Below are positions 37,337-51,300 of a stretch of DNA of 64,000 bases, one piece after another; position 1 is the stretch's first letter; every line of letters begins with the position of its first letter. Both the position numbers and the translations under genes were made by a program. The notes beneath the pieces were generated by a model. It saw only the letters and a list, made by a program, of their open reading frames with translations, made no database searches and was not told where the DNA came from. Source of the DNA: Eledone cirrhosa (taxonomy: Eukaryota); assembly GCA_964016885.1 (NCBI GenBank), contig OZ024741.1, positions 64,170,001 through 64,234,000 of the forward strand, read 5' to 3'.

Positions 37337-40300
37337 TTAGCATTAAAGCGCGGCGTTGCTCGGGGTCAGTAAGTTACCAAAGTAAGGTTACACCACCCAT
37401 TTTATGGCACCACTTTTTTGTCTGCCAGGCACTGGTTGAATGAATTGCAAACCTGCACTGCCGAAGCAGGAGCTGCGCCAGCAGTGACAATTGTAGTTTC
37501 GCCTATTGATATTATCTCTGTGCAAAGAAGTGTTCAAATTTATTGTTTCACAGTACTTGCGCAACACGCGCGGAGACGATGCCAGCCGAACAACAGAGCT
37601 GCGATGGAGTTGTTCTGCATGACATGTTTTACCGGGGGAGGGGGTGGATTGAGGGAACCGCAAACAGGGGCCTGAAAACATTGTCGAATTATGACAACCA
37701 AAAAAGAGGAAGAGGAGTCATTGTATGGTTGGTGCATCATGTACGTCGGACGTAGAAGATGAGCCTGCTGCTGTGCCGACGGAGGGAGGGAAATAGAGCT
37801 GAGCGGAGGCCAGGTGTTGGTGAAGTGTGAAGTAATTGCAGGGAACCGCCTAAAAATGTAAATCCCGTCATTAAAGCATTGTTGACCCTTTGAGAGTCGT
37901 ACGGAGGTGAAATACTAACCTGTCCACGGTCCTCCGAGGCCCACCAAACGGGGGTTGGTGAGAAGCAACAGCTGATATTTCAGTAGGGTCGGAGTTGCAT
38001 TGAAGCTTTGTAACGCCGCGAGAATCAGCCTTTGTACGGCAGATGGTGGATAGTGTCCAGTGCACTGCAGTGAAGGTTAACCTACTTAGAAAGTACTCAC
38101 GAAAAGGTAAAAAATAAAAAATAAAAAAGTTATAAAATTAGGAATCGAGGTAATCCTATAAAACCTCCTTGTACACAATGTTTTTTGTTTTTCCTTGCGG
38201 AACGAACGCGAAATCATCACGCTTGCTGCCGACACGCGAGCAGCCAACGTAAAGCTGACCATGAGAGAAACACGGCTCCCCCAAATGTATTCCCGCGACA
38301 GACAGTGTTTGTCCCTGTGCTTTGTTAATTGACATTGCGAAACATGGCCTGACCGGGAACTGGGACCTCCGAAATGTGAAAGGTAGGTCTGCTCCTGATG
38401 GGAAAAGATGCATCCTCGGTATGAGCACAACCATGCCCCGACCGCACCCTGTGATTATCGTGGCCTCAATCAGATTGGGAGCTAAGGACTTAATGACCAA
38501 ACGTGTGCCATTGCATTGTTTCGGCGGAACCAAATTTCGAATGAGCATTATAGGGTCACCAACTTTAAGTTTCAAAATGTGTGGGGGTAATCCGGAGGGC
38601 TCAAAGGAATTTAGTACCTCTATTGGATAGTTGATGACGTCCTCGGGGTCAGGAGTTCTATCGATAGACTTATATACGTAGCCATCCCCAGGAATGAGTT
38701 TTAGCATTTGATCATTAATATGGTTAACAGTTTTATTCCTCGGGGCCAGAATAGCCCTTTGGGCAAGCCAACCCATATTCTTATAATTTTCTTGGAGATC
38801 TGGGAACACTGCATCCCTGAGATCAGAAGGCGTACTAACAACGGTGCAAAGTGAGTCGATGGCTATATTACCCTTTTCATCCCCGGGCGTTTTGCCTTCG
38901 CCAAGTGCAAGGAGGGTGTGAGAAAATGCTGCTGATGTGATATCACCTCGCATATGAGCACGTATGTTAGTGTGAAGTTTCAGAGTCTTCACCAGGGGCC
39001 ACAATGCGGATGACTTAAGACACGCACGTACTGCATCAGCTCTAGTCCCCTTTGGAATAACTGGAAGCGTTTGCCTGAAGTCCCCTGAAAGAAGAACTGT
39101 TATGCCTCCCATTTGAGCCGTAGAGTCTTTGATGTCTCTCAGAGTTCTATCGAGCGCCTCAAGAATACCTCTGTGGGCCATCGTGCATTCGTCCCAAACG
39201 ATAAGCTTGCATCGTCTGAACACTTCTGCCTGATCGGAGCTCTTACTGATGTTGCAAGTGGGTGTTTCAGTCTTCGCTAAGTCAAGCGGGAGCTTGAAAT
39301 AGGAGTGAGCTGTCCTGCCGCCCGGCAACAAAGTAGCCGCAATTCCAGATGATGCCACAGCTAAGGCAATGCCTTCTGTTCGCCTAATCTCAGCTAATAT
39401 TAATTTGGTGACAAAAGTTTTCCCAGTCCCCCAGGAGCGTCCAGGGAAAAAATCGCCCCAGCTTTGCCCCGGACAGAATTAACAACGGAGTTGTAAGCGA
39501 ATTCTGTTCTGGAAGAAGCTTTGGCTCATTCTCCGCTATGTACTGGGCAAGCTCGTCAACATTATAAGATGTTTCACGCAGCAAATCCGAAGACAGAGTG
39601 TCTACACCTTCCCGGTTTGTTGAAGGTAGGCCATACACAGCCAACGCACTACCGCCCATATCGAGAACAGTATCTTCGATTTCAAGCAGCGCCCTGTTGT
39701 AAATGAGGTCACTGTACCCGACCTCCATCGATGGCTTTAGCAACTGAGCGTGATGCAGGAAATCTTCAGACATGTAATCTTTGTAGCTAAGCCATAAAGA
39801 GGCCGGATCACCCAAGTCGCACCATAGGAGTAGAATAGCGAAAAGCGATCTTAGTCTTTTAGGAGATTTCAACAACACGCCCTCTGCCATAGTGGTGCCC
39901 CATTGTGAACCATCCTCCAAAAGGCCACGCCTAAAGCAGGCTTCCCGGAAAGTATTACATAATTCACCGTCAACAGTTCTTATCTCTCGAAAGCTTTGTG
40001 GGCCAAAAACCTAATGGAGGAGAAGGCGTAGGTGAAAACACTCATGCTGGTTGGGAGGTACACTTCCTAGACAACTGTCAAACTTGACACCAGGATGTTC
40101 TTCAACATCCTGACCTGACTTCTTACGCACCCAAGTGTTGTTTGACCACACGTAGTAGGACGGGACCTGAGGATATGAAAGTGTTTTTTGCAAATGTGTC
40201 AAGTTGGCAAAGCGTAAAAAAAACAGTCAAAGTTGTTTCTTTTGGATTGGCCGCCAAATGAGCAGCAGTCTGTTCAGTAAAGTAAGCCCGCTGGCTGTTT

Positions 40301-40375
40301 TCCAAATGAACCGCTAGTTGTATGATGGTGGGGTGCCTTTGGTGAAGTGGAAACCCGAATATCCGCCAAAAAGCT
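37337..40375 (-). mobile_element. Helitron/Helentron remnant, truncated at 40375 by the hammerhead element
   Basis: Rep-helicase coding remnants; terminal motif tagcattaaagcgcggcgttgctcgggg resembles Helentron ends. Confidence 0.8.
38156..40375 (-). pseudogene. Helitron RepHel C-terminal half (Pif1-like helicase), frameshifted
   Basis: ASSGIAATLL.GGRTAHS.F, IVWDECTM, GDFRQTLPV, CNGTRL, FAMSINKAQGQTL, FSHGQLYVGCSRV; upstream pieces LRSLFAILL, FHLRLLLH, ENSQRAYF. Confidence 0.9.
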
Positions 40376-40990
40376 TTATCAGTGAGGAGTGGGGTGTTAA
40401 AAAGACAGTAGCCAAGCTGTTACTATGAACTATAGTAGTAATTTTGGCAAATTGTTGCTCAACAAAATAATTTGTAGATAATTATAAAGAATTAGTATAC
40501 CTATGCAAACAAATATATAGGTTTTGTCTTAGTAACTTTGTGGTTCAATGCAAGAGGATGCAGAACAATTATATATACTAATTCTTTATAATTATCTCCA
40601 AATTATTTTGTTGAGCAAAAATTTGCCAAAATTACTACTATAGTTCATAGTAACAGCTTGGCTACTGTCTTTTTAACACCCCACTCCTCACTGATTAACC
40701 TCGATGTCACGTGATTGATTCTTTTGAATTTGCCACTGAACAAGAAGACGATGATTTTTTTCAGTGTCTTGGAATTTAGTCCCCGCTTGCTCTTTTCCAT
40801 CCACTGAAATATTTTTGTATAAGTTCCCTGTGTCCACGCATCGCCAGATATCTTAGCTGAGAATGACTCCCTGTTGACGAAAAGGTTTCTCCATGATCTC
40901 CATGTATATTCCCTTTCAGAAACTAATTAGTTGGAGTGAAATTTAAGTAAGTAAGCTAATTACTATAATTTTCTTATTTTACGTTTTTCA
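40376..40990 (+). mobile_element. Diverged member of the 523-bp hammerhead family with an inverted 5' arm
   Basis: 40575-40990 aligns with about 19485-19898; 40376-40575 is the reverse complement of the unit start; ends at (TA)n. Confidence 0.8.
40866..40937 (+). ncRNA. Hammerhead of the 523-bp family, core CTGTTGA (probably decayed)
   Basis: actcc CTGTTGA c-gaaaagg..ccctttc-a GAAA ctaattag TT ggagt; stems I and II differ from 19243 but still pair. Confidence 0.7.
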
Positions 40991-42358
40991 TATATATATA
41001 TATATTATAAAGATCGTGTTCAGTATGAATCCGGTGACATCATCAGGTATTCCAAATATAACAAAGGAATATAACAGATAAAATCCAAGGGGTTGAAAAT
41101 CAGAGACAAGAGGACGACCGACTATTTAGCAGCTCCTACCTCAGTCGGCCGCCCTCAAGTGTCGATCATTAAGTCTACTTATGACCATCCGGTGAGTGGC
41201 CGCAAGCTTATAATGTGCTACTACCTCCCCGTCAAAGAGAAATGTCAACGTTGAGGTCGTGCCTCATTCAGGCTGATCATGCGAGCTAGAAATTGCCGCG
41301 GAAAATGTTTTTTCCAAAGAACATATATCTTCAACAAAGGCATATATAGTGGGCGTCTGTATGGTATAATGTGTGGACAGAAAATTTGGTTAACAATTAT
41401 AAACGTTAAACTTATGTTTAGAGTTATAGGATGAAATTAGAAAAGTAATGTTTAAGGTTTGGGTTGTGAGATTTAGTTAAAGAATTTACAGAAGGAGGCT
41501 TTCATGAAAAAGTTTAAGTGTATTACAGATAGTCACGATAAGTTTTCAGGGTAGGATATAGAGTAAAGATTAAGCCCTTGTTTAGCGGTCAATAACCAGC
41601 GACGACTGTAGACCCCGGCCAGCCCCCACTAACCACGTGCCAGCCGTTCCGAGTAATATCTTCTAGCGAAAGAAATGGAAATTAATTTTACTGAGCACTC
41701 AAGGAATGTAACTGTCTTAGGCGTCGGGTGAGTTAGCGGGAAGTCCGCCACCCCCGTCTGGCCATCGTATATACCAATGATTACTAGTAATTCACACAGG
41801 AGGGGATTTAGTTACGTGCTAGTAGAGGGAGGCATGATACAGCTAATAGTTATGATTAAGCCTAGAATTTAAAGGTACTATTTGGCGGTCAAAACCGGCG
41901 GCGCGGCGGGTTCCAAGTCCGGCAGCGCCCCGGGGAGAAGCAGCCGTTCCGAGTAATTTCGTTTACCAAAAGAAGGGGAAATTTATTTTTCCAAGTACTG
42001 AAGGAAGGCTCCTCTACCCGAGTGCCTGGCGTGCAGTCCGGAAAGCCGCCACATCTGTCGGATCATCGCGTGTTACCAAACGATTATTATATATTCACAC
42101 CCGTGATGTGAGATTGAAAGTGGTAAAACCCGATGAAATGCGCAAATAGACTATATTTAGTCCTCAGTTAGTCCGGGTTATATGTAGTGTGGTTCTTGTG
42201 TGGGTAGGTGGAGTGAATATAGATAAACAGATATAAGGGTACAGTGAGTAATATTCTAGGGTCGTGTGTTAATGAGCACAATAATAAGTATATAATGAGA
42301 GTAAAGCGAGTAAATAAATACACAAATAAAAGGAATAATAAGCAAAATATATAAACCG

Positions 42359-42397
<39 letters not shown>

Positions 42398-42399
42398 TT

Positions 42400-42530
42400 T
42401 AATATAGAAATGGCGGAGAAATCATCAGTTCTAGTCCTGTAGAAGCCATTTCTATATTAAATATTTATACTCTGCTATGTAGTCATTTATTTACTTACAG
42501 TGGTTACCCACGATTGAACCCGAGATAAGT
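42400..42530 (+). mobile_element. 130-bp minimal inverted insert of the 36291-37135 family
   Basis: 18-bp inverted arms, hammerhead halves (aaatcatcag / cagttctagtcctgtagaa) and the same tail. Confidence 0.65.
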
Positions 42531-42971
42531 TATATATATATATATATCAATATCAAGAATTATCCGAGGACCGCGCGATTTCAGAGTCAGGTTTGATCAC
42601 CATATCGATCGTGCCTCGAGCATGTCGCTCGAGAAACAATTGTAATATGTCCAATAAATTCCTTTCGTCGCAACACTGATTCTCTTTTTTCTGTGATATA
42701 TATATATATATTAGATATATTAGATATGTCTCATATGAAATAATACAACCAATTTTCCACGCAATACTTTTAGTTAGCACCCCGAACGCATAATTGGGAA
42801 TATAATCACTTATTTCCTAATGTTTGTTGAGTGAGTTGGAATTTGGCCGGAGTATCGTTAAAAATCTTTTTATATATATATATATAATAAATACAATATC
42901 GGAGAAAGCTTTTTAACGATAAAGCTTTTTAACGATACTCCGGCCAAATATATATTAAAATAACAGATTCA

Positions 42972-43022
42972 AGTTTAAGCAAAGAATCGCTGCTTTCACC
43001 CTTAACGGGATCTTCTGAAACT
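42972..43022 (-). ncRNA. Hammerhead-like motif, CAGAAGA core
   Basis: Reverse complement of 43958-44008. Confidence 0.62.
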
Positions 43023-43957
43023 AAAAAAGTCAATCTGTGAACGCAGAAGTAAATATTTCAAAAAACGTCTTGATGTGGTAGCTAAGTATATGTTATGTTT
43101 ATACCATTACTTATTTGTATAGGTAAGTATATATTACTTGTATGTTTTGTGGAGGTACGTATACTTTCTCGTACGTATATTTGCTTGTATATGTTATGGC
43201 GTATATATTATATATACTGGTACATATGTATTTGGTTGTGTGTATACGTGAGTTTTGGGTCTGTGTGTGTATGTGTATTCGTACGCATGTAGGGTGTGTG
43301 TATATGTGTACTTTGTGTGTTGGTTGACGTACGTCCGTGAACATATGTGTATTTACATGTAGGTATGTGTGTGCGCGCGTTATATACGTATTTATGTGTG
43401 TATATTTATATACGTTTATTTAATTATGTATACACGCACACGCACACACATATATATATTTTATTTTTATATATATTTTTATGTGTATTTGGTGTATACG
43501 TCGTATGTGTGCGGGTACAGGCGTTGCGTGGGTTCTGTATGTGCGTGCGTGTTGTTTTTTTTGTATTTTTGTTTCTTTTTTTGTGTACGTGCTTGTATTT
43601 GCATACCCATGGCGAGTGTTTTCGCGTATGCTTGTGTATGTACGTATTTGGATGCGTGTATGTATATATTTAATTCAATTACCTCTGTATTTTATTTACT
43701 TTATTCTTAACTTTGAAGCCGAGAATCATTCGGTTTCCTAAATAGAATTTTAGTCTACGACTTCAGTTATACCATTTACGTGGTTTTGTCTTTGCGTCTA
43801 ATTGTTCTCACCGCTCCACATAATGACGTATTATCTTCGTTTTTTCTCGTTCTTTGCCAGGAAATGTTTCCACGAACCAAAGTATCGTCTTCCTGTCTGC
43901 CTTCGGTTGCAAGGTTTTTTGAAATATTTACTTCTGCTTTCACAGATTGACTTTTTT

Positions 43958-44008
43958 AGTTTCAGAAGATCCCGTTAAGGGTGAAAGCAGCGATTCTTTG
44001 CTTAAACT
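43958..44008 (+). ncRNA. Hammerhead-like motif, CAGAAGA core
   Basis: Identical to 17798-17848. Confidence 0.65.
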
Positions 44009-44744
44009 TTAATCTGTTATTTTAATAAATATTTGCTCTATGGTTCTTATATATCTGATATATATTTATCCTTATCGAGCCCTCCTTGGATTTTAGTCAT
44101 CAAAATTTATTATTATTACTATATATATATAATAAAACGAAATACAAGAGTAGTTCTGTTGGTGGTGAGAGTGATGAGGTTCTTTATGTTGCTTTTGGTG
44201 GTGCTGTTAGTGAAGATTGATACTAATTTAAACAGCTAAACATAAAGACAATCTAAACGTAAGATCACAATCTGCATTGCTGTAAAAATTGATATAACGT
44301 CAGAAAATTACTTTGTAACTGAAGTAGTGTAAGTTTGATGGAAGTATTTTATTTTTATTTTTCTTGTTTTTCCGTTTTCCAAACTCATAATATACAGATA
44401 TATAATGACAATCTAGTAAAATATTAATATTAGTTGCCCTGAGAACAATTTAAGATGCATAGAATAATGCATAACTAAACCTGAGGGATTAATATGCGCA
44501 ACATTACAGTTCATAATGCAGAAAAGCACCACCCATGTTACGTAAGAGTGTATTTTATAACAAAACAAAATAAAATACTGTACCCAAGGCAAATAGAAGT
44601 GTGCTCAAGTGTGCGGTTATACCACACAAAATAAATAAACCTATTGAGAAGTAATCATAATAATCTTTGCTTAGGTTTTGCCACTACGGTTTATTCTTAC
44701 ATACAAGAGCATGTTTAAAAAAGTATTACAAAACACGTTTGTGC

Positions 44745-44821
<77 letters not shown>

Positions 44822-44837
44822 TGTGTGGGGGGGGGGG

Positions 44838-44985
<148 letters not shown>

Positions 44986-45248
44986 AAAATATAAATGAAA
45001 ATAGAGAAATTAATGTGAGCAAAAAAGCCATCAGTAATTCATACATATAAGTGACTATTACGTCAAGATGGAAAATATTTAACGTAAGATATGGGAAAAT
45101 AATTCAATCTCAATTCAAAAAAAGTCAAGACAGAAATTTTATCCACAGATTTTGTGTAATCCAGGGAAAAAACCAATAGAGTCTTAACTCAGAATAAAAT
45201 TAAGGGTAAATACTTATCCTTCAATTTGGAAAAATCTACAAATAGTAA

Positions 45249-45326
45249 AAAGACTATTTCACGAAACTTTTCAGTGGGGTTAGTCACGGTTGGAATCGTT
45301 CATCGGTTGGAATCGTTCATCAGTTC
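45249..45326 (-). ncRNA. Degenerate hammerhead-like motif
   Basis: gaa CTGATGA acga..tcgt GAAA tag TC ttt; 17-bp tandem duplication inside stem II. Confidence 0.4.
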
Positions 45327-45618
45327 AACACGATAACTAAAAACCACAGCTAAAATATGCCAAAAGGGAATTTAAAAGCAAGCTAGTTACACCTCGTGTG
45401 GAATTAAGATAATAAACACACATGGAGAACAAGGCTAGTGACGTCAGAATGAGACGAATGACGGTTTACAAGAAACAGCAGTCAAAATATTCCGAAAAAA
45501 ACTCAACAAAAGGTATGGAGTTCAGCATAAAGTAATATTATCGCGGTTTAAAAAAACAAGAAACGGGATTAGTCACAAATAATTTTAAGCACTCTAGGAA
45601 AAATTCCGAGTATAAATG

Positions 45619-45709
<91 letters not shown>

Positions 45710-45710
45710 T

Positions 45711-45771
<61 letters not shown>

Positions 45772-45859
45772 TTATACTCGGAATTTTTCCTAGAGTGCTT
45801 AAAATTATTTGTGACTAATCCCGTTTTTTTTTTTAAACCGCGATAATATTACTTTATAT

Positions 45860-45957
<98 letters not shown>

Positions 45958-46001
45958 TACAAATATTAATAAAATCGATGTTCTTTTGATCAATTAAATT
46001 T

Positions 46002-46055
46002 TATTATACATATTTCGGAGGTACAACAGTACGTCCTCATCAGACGAAATATAAT
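46002..46055 (-). ncRNA. Hammerhead core with offset stem I; decayed relative at 47171-47235
   Basis: CTGATGA gga-c-gtac-tgtt-gtac-c-tcc GAAA tatg TA taata; about 50 nt from (TA)n. Confidence 0.6.
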
Positions 46056-46189
46056 GATGCATGACATAACCTGAGATGTTAAATTATTTAATTGATTTAC
46101 GAACATTTTCATTCCGAAACATCTCCAATCCGACAACGTAAACAAATTGATAATACAATTATTGAAAAAATACTGTGATTGGAAATGTA

Positions 46190-46335
46190 TTGATTGGATT
46201 AATGACCGAAAGAATGCGATCGCGAATACAAGTGGCCAAAATGGGATTCCGCCGAAGAATCTTTGGAGTAACGTTACTCGATAGAATACGTAGCTCGGAG
46301 ATCAGTGAGTTACTCCAGGTAGAGCTACTACCATC
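46190..46335 (+). mobile_element. RTE-clade LINE fragment (RT C-terminus)
   Basis: MTERMRSRIQVAKMGFRRRIFGVTLLDRIRSSEI.E.LQVE.L is typical of RTE/Rex3 elements. Confidence 0.75.
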
Positions 46336-46348
46336 TCGTACTTTGGAC

Positions 46349-46551
46349 CAGGTATATCAAACTGAGGGTCCCCCGACGGCTACATGGGTCACATATGTGT
46401 TGTCTGAGAGCCACACATGGCAATTAATTGCGCACATTGCAACTAATATTTTTTTTTATATTACGCTCGCGCTGTAAAAACCTTTGTGCGGGCTGCAGGT
46501 GCGCTTGTAAAGGCCCTATGCGGCCCGTAGGCCGCATGTTTGACCTGCCTG
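46349..46551. mobile_element. hAT-type MITE
   Basis: TIRs caggtatatcaaac / gtttgacctgcctg; degenerate 8-bp TSD ctttggac / ctttagat. Confidence 0.7.
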
Positions 46552-46671
46552 CTTTAGATTCTCGTTCTTTCATTCTCTCCCTCTCTTAATATGTGACCTT
46601 TCGCTATGCACATAACATTCAGCTGTTCACAGCTACCCCGCTCTGAGATTTCTACTGTTTTATTAAATTTC

Positions 46672-46710
<39 letters not shown>

Positions 46711-47116
46711 AACGGAAAAAATGAAAGGAAATTTCATTTCTCACTCTTAGTACGACTGTTACTTAAATATAAGTATGTACACGTACATACATATATGTAT
46801 ACAGACGTACAGTAGTATGTATATATATATACATACATGCACACATATATATATGTACGTATGGATTCACCGAACATTTATTATAATGCTCGGTGTGTTT
46901 GTAAACAAACATCCCGAATTAAGCCGTACAGTGTCTAGCAACCATCGTTGCTCATTTGTTCAACACTGACAAAGAAACGCTGTACTAGTACGATAAACTA
47001 GTACAGCGTTCCTTTGTCCGTGTTGAATGAAACAGTACTAGTCCTGTAGAAGCTCCTTATATATATATATAAACAACACAGTACCTTTGAAATATATATA
47101 ATAAAGTATTATTTTG

Positions 47117-47158
<42 letters not shown>

Positions 47159-47995
47159 CAAAATAATACTTTATTATATATATTTCAAAGGTACTGTGTT
47201 GTTTTTTTCAGTACGTCCTCATCGGACAAAATATATGATTTGATATATGACATACCGCTACGGCCTTGATTATTCAATTCCAGTATTGGTAGTGATTTAT
47301 TTCATCAAATCTCAGTGTTTATATGCCACAGATAATATGATAAACTTAAAGAAGAAAAGGACGTAGAGCAAATTAGAAATATCAGAGAGGGTGTAAAGAA
47401 GAGGAAAGGCAAGAAAAAAAAAATACATACATAAATAGATAAATAAATAAAAATTAAATGGATGAATGAGTAAAAGAAATATCTAAAAAAGAAAAGAGGA
47501 ATAACGACAAAAGAGGGAAGGTGTGGTGAAAGTAAAGAGAACAGGGGGGGGGGGGGGGGGTAAAGAAAATAAAGAAAAGTAATGGAACATCAAATAGAGG
47601 GGGATAGAGAAAAAACCCGTTGTTTTCAAATGCTAGATCAAACAGGACATCCAATCAATTCACATAATCAATTGAATATCTTTTGTATTTGATTATGCTT
47701 TAGCTAATTATACTTATATAGTATATCAAAATTAATCAGTATAGATTACTTTCTATAGCAATCACATATATAGTTTAATTAAAAATTTATATAGTTTAAT
47801 TTAACTCATTATAGATTATTATTTTTAATTTAAAGGTAAGATATTCTATAAATATTTAGTTACAACTTTAAAAGAATTAATCTTTAAAGCGTATTTAAAT
47901 AATTATTAAATATGTATTAAAATCTAATACGATGCATATACCACCATCAATACATATAATATATTCAGATCATTTATTACCCAAATTATTTTATT

Positions 47996-48164
<169 letters not shown>

Positions 48165-48394
48165 ATTTCTATTTATTTGCCACGAGGGCACAAAAGAAGG
48201 GGACATTTACACAGTGGGGGAGTTTACATAAATCGAGTAAAGAAAAAAGGAATAACAATAATAATATAACAATAAAAAGTCCTCAAAAGGGAGGGGCGTG
48301 TTGGGGATTGCACATACCCCCGAAAAGTGTGCAACTCTTTTCGCGGGGGAAGCCCAGAGAGGAGGCGCTCCCCCTTTCCTCTTCACTTCTTCAC

Positions 48395-51300
48395 CTACAG
48401 AACAATGTAGAGAGAAGGCCCATTTACACGGGCCATTCTCGCTTCTTTCACCCACCTTTCATAAAACTGTCTGGGGCCAAGCACTTCTCTCTCCATCCTG
48501 ATCCTTCTTCCGAAGTGGTATCGGAAGAAGTAAACCAGGTGATGGCCGGAGAGAAAGTCACCCGACCTCAGACCTTTCAGGCGCGTCCACTACACAACCT
48601 CTTTCATCATGGCTATTACGCACAGAAAGACCGCCTCTGCTTCATTTCTGAAGGGAGGAGGCGGCTTGATGTTCACCACAGACTCGGCGGTTAATCGAAT
48701 CGGCGCCACACGCGACAGCAGTCGTTCGACGTAGCCCCACAGATCGGCAACGCCCGGGCAGTGTACCAGTGCATGCGCAACGGTTTCCTCGTCGCGCACG
48801 CATCTGGGACAGATCTTTTTCGCGGGATCCCTGCCCGGGCGCCCGTGTCTGTAGAGTTTTCTCGAACGGGCAGAGCCCCCCGGTAACACTGCCAGGCTAG
48901 GGACCTCTGGAAGTTGTCCATGGGTCCCGGGCCGAAAGTTCTACCGAACAGGCTGGCCAGTTCGTCCTCCTCCATGCCTAGCGACTCTCCAAGGGTGTCG
49001 TCGCCCTTGCTAGCCACAAACCCTCTATAGAATGTCGAGGTGGATTCTCCACTGATAGTCGGGTCCGCTTGCCAGATAGCCGTGAGCGCCTGGGCACACT
49101 CGGTGTGCCAGTTGCCCAGTTTTCTCGGTCTTTGCTTCACCCAGGATTGCAGTTCGGTGAGCGAGACAAGCTGTGGGAAGGCTCGCCTCACAAACGGGGC
49201 CCACACCGGCTGACCGTTGAGGAATACCTGTAGATGCCGTAGCCTCAATGCGTGCCTACGCATCAACAGTCACGGCATACCCAGCCCTCCTTTCGAAGGG
49301 TGCTGGTAGCAGATGGATCTCCTCACCATGGGAGGCCGCTTCTTCCAGAGGAACTGGAAGAGCATGCGTTCCATGATGGTGAGCTTTTCCTTGGAGCAAG
49401 GCACGACGGTCAGGCGGTAGTAGATGACGGACGCTATGTAAGCGTTCGTCACCTCCGCCCGACCTTTCAGTGATAGTTTGCACTTGGCCCACTTCTGGGT
49501 CAGCGCAAACACCCTGCTCGTCACCTCGCCCCAATTCTTCTCCACCTGGAGGTCCGGTCCGAACCAGACCCCGAGCAGCTTCACCGGGCCTTCCGTCCAC
49601 CGCCCAACGACACCGTCTAACGGCATCGGTTTGCCCCTCCACGTTCCGAGTTGCAAACCGACTGACTTGCCCTGGTTCAGCCTAGCCCCCGTCAGCCTTT
49701 CGTATTCCTCCAGTAGGGTGGCGATCGCCCCGATTTCCGAGGCGTCCGCCACCATTACTGTTACGTCGTCGGCATAGGCCGAGACCGCTTTGTGCAATCC
49801 CGGTTCCAGGGGTATGCCCCGCAGCAACTCCAACTTCCGCAGCAGTGGCTCGAGAGTCAATACGTACAGAAGGGAGGAGAGGGGGCACCCCTGTCTGATG
49901 GACCGGGTGATTTGAAACGGCTCCGAGAGGTAGCCGTTTACTTTAATCCTAGAGTAGATGTTGCCACTGTGCATGGCAGAAATCCAGCCCCTGAAAACGG
50001 GTCCTAAGCCCGCCGCCGCTAGCACCGCATCCAGGTAACCATGGTCGACCCTATCGAACGCCTTAGATTGATCCAAGTTGATCAGGGCCCCACCAAAGCC
50101 GGGTTCGTTTCCAACCCTCTCTACGATGTATCGCATGAGGTGGAGGTTGTCGTGAATGGACCTGGACGGGATAGCGCATGTCTGCGCGTCTCCCACCAAA
50201 CCACCCACCACAAGCGCCAACCTCTTCGCCAACACCTTGGCCAAAATCTGTAACTCTGCATTCAGAAGAGTTATGGGCCTAAAGTTACTTAAGTCGTCCC
50301 CCTTGCTCTCGTCCTTCCTCACTAGAGTGACCACGCCCTTGGTCACGGAGCAGGGAATTCTCCCGTTCTGTTGCCAGTTGCAATAGATAGCCTCGAGGAG
50401 TTCGGAGAACAAGACCCGCATAGCTAAATAAAGTTCGTATGGTAGACCATCGAGACCCGGGGATTTGTGTCTGCTGCATTGGCTGAGCGCTTCCCCGATT
50501 TCAGTGGCTGTGATTGGCCTTTCGCAGCACTCCGCTTCGCAGCTCGAAAGACGCGGTAGACCGTCGAGGTATGGACCGAAGTCCACATCCCCGTCCGGCC
50601 CCCCGCCCCCTCCGAACAATCGAGCAAAGTGCCTTTGAAAGGCCTCGCACATCCGCTCAGGTTCAAGGATCACCCGTCCATCCTGGTCTCGCAAAGACCG
50701 AATGGTGGATTTAATCCCACTCTTGGCTTCTGTCACGCGGGCCCAGCTAACAGATTTGGTCCCCTCGTTTCCTAAAGCACGTATTTTACTTCGGACAATG
50801 CAGCCTTCGTGCTTCGCGTGAAAGAACTGGCTCAACGCCGTTCTCGCCGCTAACACTCTGGCTACGTCTCCGCTCCTAATCGCCTCTTCTAGTTTATCTG
50901 TTAACTCCCTTTTCTTCCTTTTTCTATTCGCCGCTAGTTCCTTACTGTAACCTATCGAACTTACTCTAATCTCTCTCTTTAGAGATACCCACCACCTACT
51001 TTTGACGATCGCTCCCGTCAACCGCATCTTAACTAGGCTACTAATCCGGTTCCTGTAATCTTTCTTTGCCGGCAAGGACAAGTTCATCTTCCAGTAACCG
51101 GGACCCTGTCTATGCGTTCTATCAAGGTTGACCACGCAGGTCACTAATTTGTGATCTGAATAGCCAACCATGATCAATTCTGGACAACTAAATACGTCCC
51201 TCTCCTTACTCCTAACCAAAAACCTATCTAGGTACGATCTAGATTGTCCACTGCGGTTTGCCCAGGTCCAGGTTGGCGCAGTTGGACAATCTAGTCGAAA

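Larger units (their letters stand above)
42953..44120. mobile_element. Non-coding PLE-type insert with inverted left arm (42953-43068) in (TA)n
   Basis: Left arm is the reverse complement of 43913-44025; tail to 44120. Confidence 0.75.
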
